Assembly: GCA_009493715.1 (NCBI GenBank)
Contig: VOGC01000009.1
Location: forward strand, 57,010-121,009
Direction of reading: 5' to 3'
Source: Candidatus Weimeria bifida
Lineage (GTDB): Bacteria; Bacillota; Clostridia; Lachnospirales; Lachnospiraceae
Length of the DNA: 64,000 nucleotides
Shown here: positions 60,846-64,000 of the stretch, in pieces
Position numbering within the stretch: position 1 is the first letter of the stretch
Layout: each line of letters starts with the position of its first letter
Notes under the pieces: model-generated
Databases searched by the model: none
The model's input: the letters and a program-made list of their open reading frames with translations, nothing else
Told to the model about the DNA's origin: nothing
Program-made: the position numbers and the translations under genes

Positions 60846-63155
60846 GTGAACAGTATCGTTGTGAAGACAAATGTGATCAAGAGGAACGGCGCCGAGGTGA
60901 CATTCGACGAGACGAAGATCACTAATGCCATCGCGAAGGCGAATAAGGAGGTAGACGCCATCCATCAGCTGAACCAGGCACAGGTTCAGGCTGTTGCAGA
61001 CAGTATTGCTAAGCAGGTGGCCCAGCTTCCTCATGCGGTGAATGTCGAGGACATACAGGATATGGTAGAGAAGGGCATCATGGAGATGCGCGGTTACGAA
61101 GTCGCTCAGAAGTATGTCCGTTACCGCTATACCAGAGAGCTTGCCAGGAAGTCGAATACGACGGATGACAAGATCCTTTCGCTGATCGATCAGGACAACG
61201 AAGAGGTAAAGGAAGAGAACTCGAACAAGAATCCAGCGATCAACTCTACACAGCGTGACTATATTGCCGGAGAGGTTTCGAGGGACCTTACGAACCGTGT
61301 CCTCCTTCCTGAGGATGTCGTCAGAGCTCACCGTGAGGGCATCATTCACTTCCACGATTCAGACTATTTTGCCCAGAGAGAGCATAACTGCGACCTTATT
61401 AACTTAGACGATATGCTACAGAACGGCACAGTTATCTCTGAGACTATGATCGAGAAGCCGAAGAGCTTCTATACAGCGTGCAACATCACGACACAGATCG
61501 TAGCTCAGGTAGCTTCGAACCAGTACGGCGGACAGTCATTTTCCCTCGCACACCTGGCTCCGTTCGTAGATGTATCACGTCAGAAGCTTAAGAAGCAAGT
61601 TATTGAGGAGAGAAAGGCTGTAGGCGATGACCTGGACGAAGAGAAGGTCATGAAGATCGTAGACCACCGTCTCCAGCTCGAGATCGAGTCAGGTATCCAG
61701 ACCATCCAGTACCAGCTCGTTACTCTGATGACTACGAATGGCCAGACTCCTTTCGTTACTATGTTTATATACCTCGATGAGGCACCTGAGGGACAGACCA
61801 GGGATGACCTTGCCCGTCTTGCGAAGGAAGTCTTCAGACAGCGTATCCAGGGCACTAAGAACGAGAAGGGTGTCTGGGTTACACCGGCGTTCCCGAAGAT
61901 CATCTATGTCCTCGATGAGGACAATATCAGCGAGGGCAGCAAGTACTTTGATCTGACGAAGCTTGCTGCCGTATGCACTGCCAAGCGTATGGTTCCGGAC
62001 TTTATTTCAGCTAAGGTCATGAGGGAAGTCAAGGGCGATGTTTACCCCTGCATGGGATGTCGTTCATTCCTTACTCCTGATAATGAGAAGCAGCGTGAGG
62101 GCCTCTGCAACGACGATAACAAAGCCGGCGCCAAGAACTTTAAGAAGGGCGAGCACAAGTACTATGGCCGCTTCAATCAGGGCGTAGTCACTATAAACCT
62201 CGTTGATGTAGCCTGCTCTGCTGTCAAGGAGTCTGAAGAGGAAGGTACTGACAGATTCGATGAGTTCTGGAGGATATTTGATGAGAGACTTGAGCTCTGC
62301 CACAAGGCTCTTCAGTGCAGACACAACCGTCTGATGGGAACTTCATCAGATGTAGCTCCTATCCTCTGGCAGCATGGAGCTCTTGCCCGTCTGAAGAAGG
62401 GTGAGAAGATCGACAAGCTCCTTTTCGGAAACTATTCCACTATATCACTGGGGTATGCCGGCCTCTATGAGATGACTTATGAGATGACAGGCGTTAGCCA
62501 CACTTCACCTAAGGGTAAGAAGTTCGCACTCTCTGTCATGCAGCACTTGAATGACAAGTGCAGCGAGTGGAGAGCTGCCGAGAACATCAGCTACTCACTC
62601 TATGGAACACCGATGGAGTCCACGACTTACAAGTTCGCTAAGAGCCTCCAGAGAAGATTTGGCATCATTCCTCATGTTACGGATAAGAACTATATCACGA
62701 ACAGCTACCATGTTCATGTTACAGAGGAGATAGATGCTTTCTCGAAGCTGAAGTTTGAGTCGGAGTTCCAGAACCTCTCACCAGGCGGAGCCGTATCATA
62801 TGTTGAGGTTCCGAACCTCCAGAATAATATTCCGGCAGTGCTCGCCATTATGAGGCACATATATGAGAACATCATGTATGCCGAGCTGAATACGAAGAGC
62901 GATTACTGCGAAGTATGTGGATATGATGGTGAGATACGTATTGTAGAGGATGAGAACCACAAGCTCGTCTGGGAGTGCCCTAAGTGCGGTAACAGAGACC
63001 AGACGAAGATGTCTGTAGCCCGCCGTACCTGCGGATACATCGGTACGCAGTTCTGGAATCAGGGCCGTACACAGGAGATCAAGGACAGAGTGCTGCACCT
63101 GTCGATTCCTGAGTTTGAAGGCGAAAATATGAACGTTAACGCAGAATCCAAGTAA
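60846..63155 (+). CDS. nrdD: Anaerobic (class III) ribonucleoside-triphosphate reductase
   Basis: N-terminal ATP cone (VIKRNG...KITNAI), CEVC/CPKC Zn site, glycyl-radical loop RRTCGYIG. Confidence 0.97.
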   Translation: MNSIVVKTNVIKRNGAEVTFDETKITNAIAKANKEVDAIHQLNQAQVQAVADSIAKQVAQLPHAVNVEDIQDMVEKGIMEMRGYEVAQKYVRYRYTRELARKSNTTDDKILSLIDQDNEEVKEENSNKNPAINSTQRDYIAGEVSRDLTNRVLLPEDVVRAHREGIIHFHDSDYFAQREHNCDLINLDDMLQNGTVISETMIEKPKSFYTACNITTQIVAQVASNQYGGQSFSLAHLAPFVDVSRQKLKKQVIEERKAVGDDLDEEKVMKIVDHRLQLEIESGIQTIQYQLVTLMTTNGQTPFVTMFIYLDEAPEGQTRDDLARLAKEVFRQRIQGTKNEKGVWVTPAFPKIIYVLDEDNISEGSKYFDLTKLAAVCTAKRMVPDFISAKVMREVKGDVYPCMGCRSFLTPDNEKQREGLCNDDNKAGAKNFKKGEHKYYGRFNQGVVTINLVDVACSAVKESEEEGTDRFDEFWRIFDERLELCHKALQCRHNRLMGTSSDVAPILWQHGALARLKKGEKIDKLLFGNYSTISLGYAGLYEMTYEMTGVSHTSPKGKKFALSVMQHLNDKCSEWRAAENISYSLYGTPMESTTYKFAKSLQRRFGIIPHVTDKNYITNSYHVHVTEEIDAFSKLKFESEFQNLSPGGAVSYVEVPNLQNNIPAVLAIMRHIYENIMYAELNTKSDYCEVCGYDGEIRIVEDENHKLVWECPKCGNRDQTKMSVARRTCGYIGTQFWNQGRTQEIKDRVLHLSIPEFEGENMNVNAESK

Positions 63156-63229
63156 GCTCCTTTAAGTGAGGTTTTTAGTGAGCTTTTATGGCAGCAGGCT
63201 TATTTGGCCTGCCGCCAGAGTTTTTTCTT

Positions 63230-63757
63230 ATGAATTACGGACAGATTTATTACACAGATATAGCAAATGGCCCGGGCTGCAGGACCAGTCTTTTTGTCAG
63301 TGGCTGTACTCACCACTGTAAAGACTGTTTTAATCAGGAGACCTGGGATTTTTTATATGGTCATGAGTATACGAAAGACGTCGAGGACAAGATCATAAAG
63401 TCTCTTGTGCCTGAATATATAGAAGGCATCACGCTTCTGGGTGGTGAGCCAATGGAAGTTAAGAATCAGCGGACTCTTGTATCGCTCTGCAGACGCATCA
63501 GGAGAGAAGTTGTGCATGCCACGATCTGGATATATTCGGGTTACACCTGGGAGGAACTTACTGACAGGGAGAATAAACGCTGCCACTGTGAAGTGACAGA
63601 TGAGATACTTTCACTTACAGATGTCTTGGTGGATGGAGAGTTCAAGGAAGAACTTAAAGACATATCGCTTCACTTCCGTGGCTCTTCGAACCAGCGCATT
63701 ATAGATGTTCCGGCCACACTGAAAGCCGGGAAGATCGTGCTTTCAGATCAGATGTAG
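63230..63757 (+). CDS. nrdG: Anaerobic RNR activating enzyme (radical SAM)
   Basis: NGPGCR, CTHHCKDC, GITLLGGEP and RGSSNQR; the start could instead be 63188. Confidence 0.95.
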   Translation: MNYGQIYYTDIANGPGCRTSLFVSGCTHHCKDCFNQETWDFLYGHEYTKDVEDKIIKSLVPEYIEGITLLGGEPMEVKNQRTLVSLCRRIRREVVHATIWIYSGYTWEELTDRENKRCHCEVTDEILSLTDVLVDGEFKEELKDISLHFRGSSNQRIIDVPATLKAGKIVLSDQM

Positions 63758-63768
63758 GGAAGGACTAC

Positions 63769-63800
63769 TGGCCGCTGCAGACTGCAGCGGCCAATTTTTA
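63769..63800 (+). terminator. Hairpin after nrdG
   Basis: tggccgctgcag-a-ctgcagcggcca followed by an A/T tract. Confidence 0.7.
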
Positions 63801-63923
63801 TATCTGGATTGCACAAAGCTATTCTGCAGGGCAATGGACATCCGCAGGCGATAATGCTATCATATGCTTTAGTTTTGTATACCAAATTATTTTCATGTTA
63901 ACGCAGAGATCTGGGATTTTATT

Positions 63924-64000
63924 ATGTCGAAGATTTATTTTTTACGTCATGGCCAGACGGATATGAATATAATTCATATGCTTCAGGGCCGAAGCGACAC
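63924..64000 (+). CDS. Histidine phosphatase family protein, 3'-truncated by the window edge
   Basis: MSKIYFLRHGQTDMN...QGRSD carries the RHG catalytic motif. Confidence 0.85.
   Translation, partial: MSKIYFLRHGQTDMNIIHMLQGRSD

Overview
A 64-kb core-chromosome window from a motile Firmicute. Gene order and protein sequences point to Lachnospiraceae/Clostridia; this is an inference. In order it holds: the 3' part of uvrA, an MreB/Mbl actin, a HAD hydrolase, and a sigma-D-type flagellar operon (flgM, flgN, two tandem flgK, flgL, fliW, csrA, flaG, fliD, fliS, fliT-like; no flagellin). Next come an HD-GYP phosphodiesterase, SAM-I riboswitch plus metK, rmlBAC, two RNHCP zinc-finger genes, prsA, a heterodimeric ABC exporter, murA, three CgeB/DUF3880-like glycosyltransferases and an orphan FliD-like gene. 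The rpmG-secE-nusG-rplKAJL-rpoBC cluster follows, then GT2, cvfB, trxB, an SH3-NlpC/P60 hydrolase, a membrane-fused spermidine-synthase-like gene, pgm, udk, licD, a tagF-like gene and rplM-rpsI. The window ends with a doubly frameshifted BspA/DUF285 surface-protein gene, a two-component pair, nrdDG with NrdR boxes and the start of a histidine phosphatase. No rRNA, tRNA, CRISPR array, transposase or integrase was seen. The most unusual signals are non-coding: (i) a 429-bp segment bounded by perfect 24-bp inverted repeats that holds the apparent trxB promoter and operator; (ii) a ~384-bp palindromic element of tandem 62-bp GAA-hairpin units between rplL and the rpoB promoter; (iii) a structured flgM-flgN spacer with a textbook CsrA-binding hairpin; (iv) a long hairpin in an enlarged rplJ-rplL spacer.
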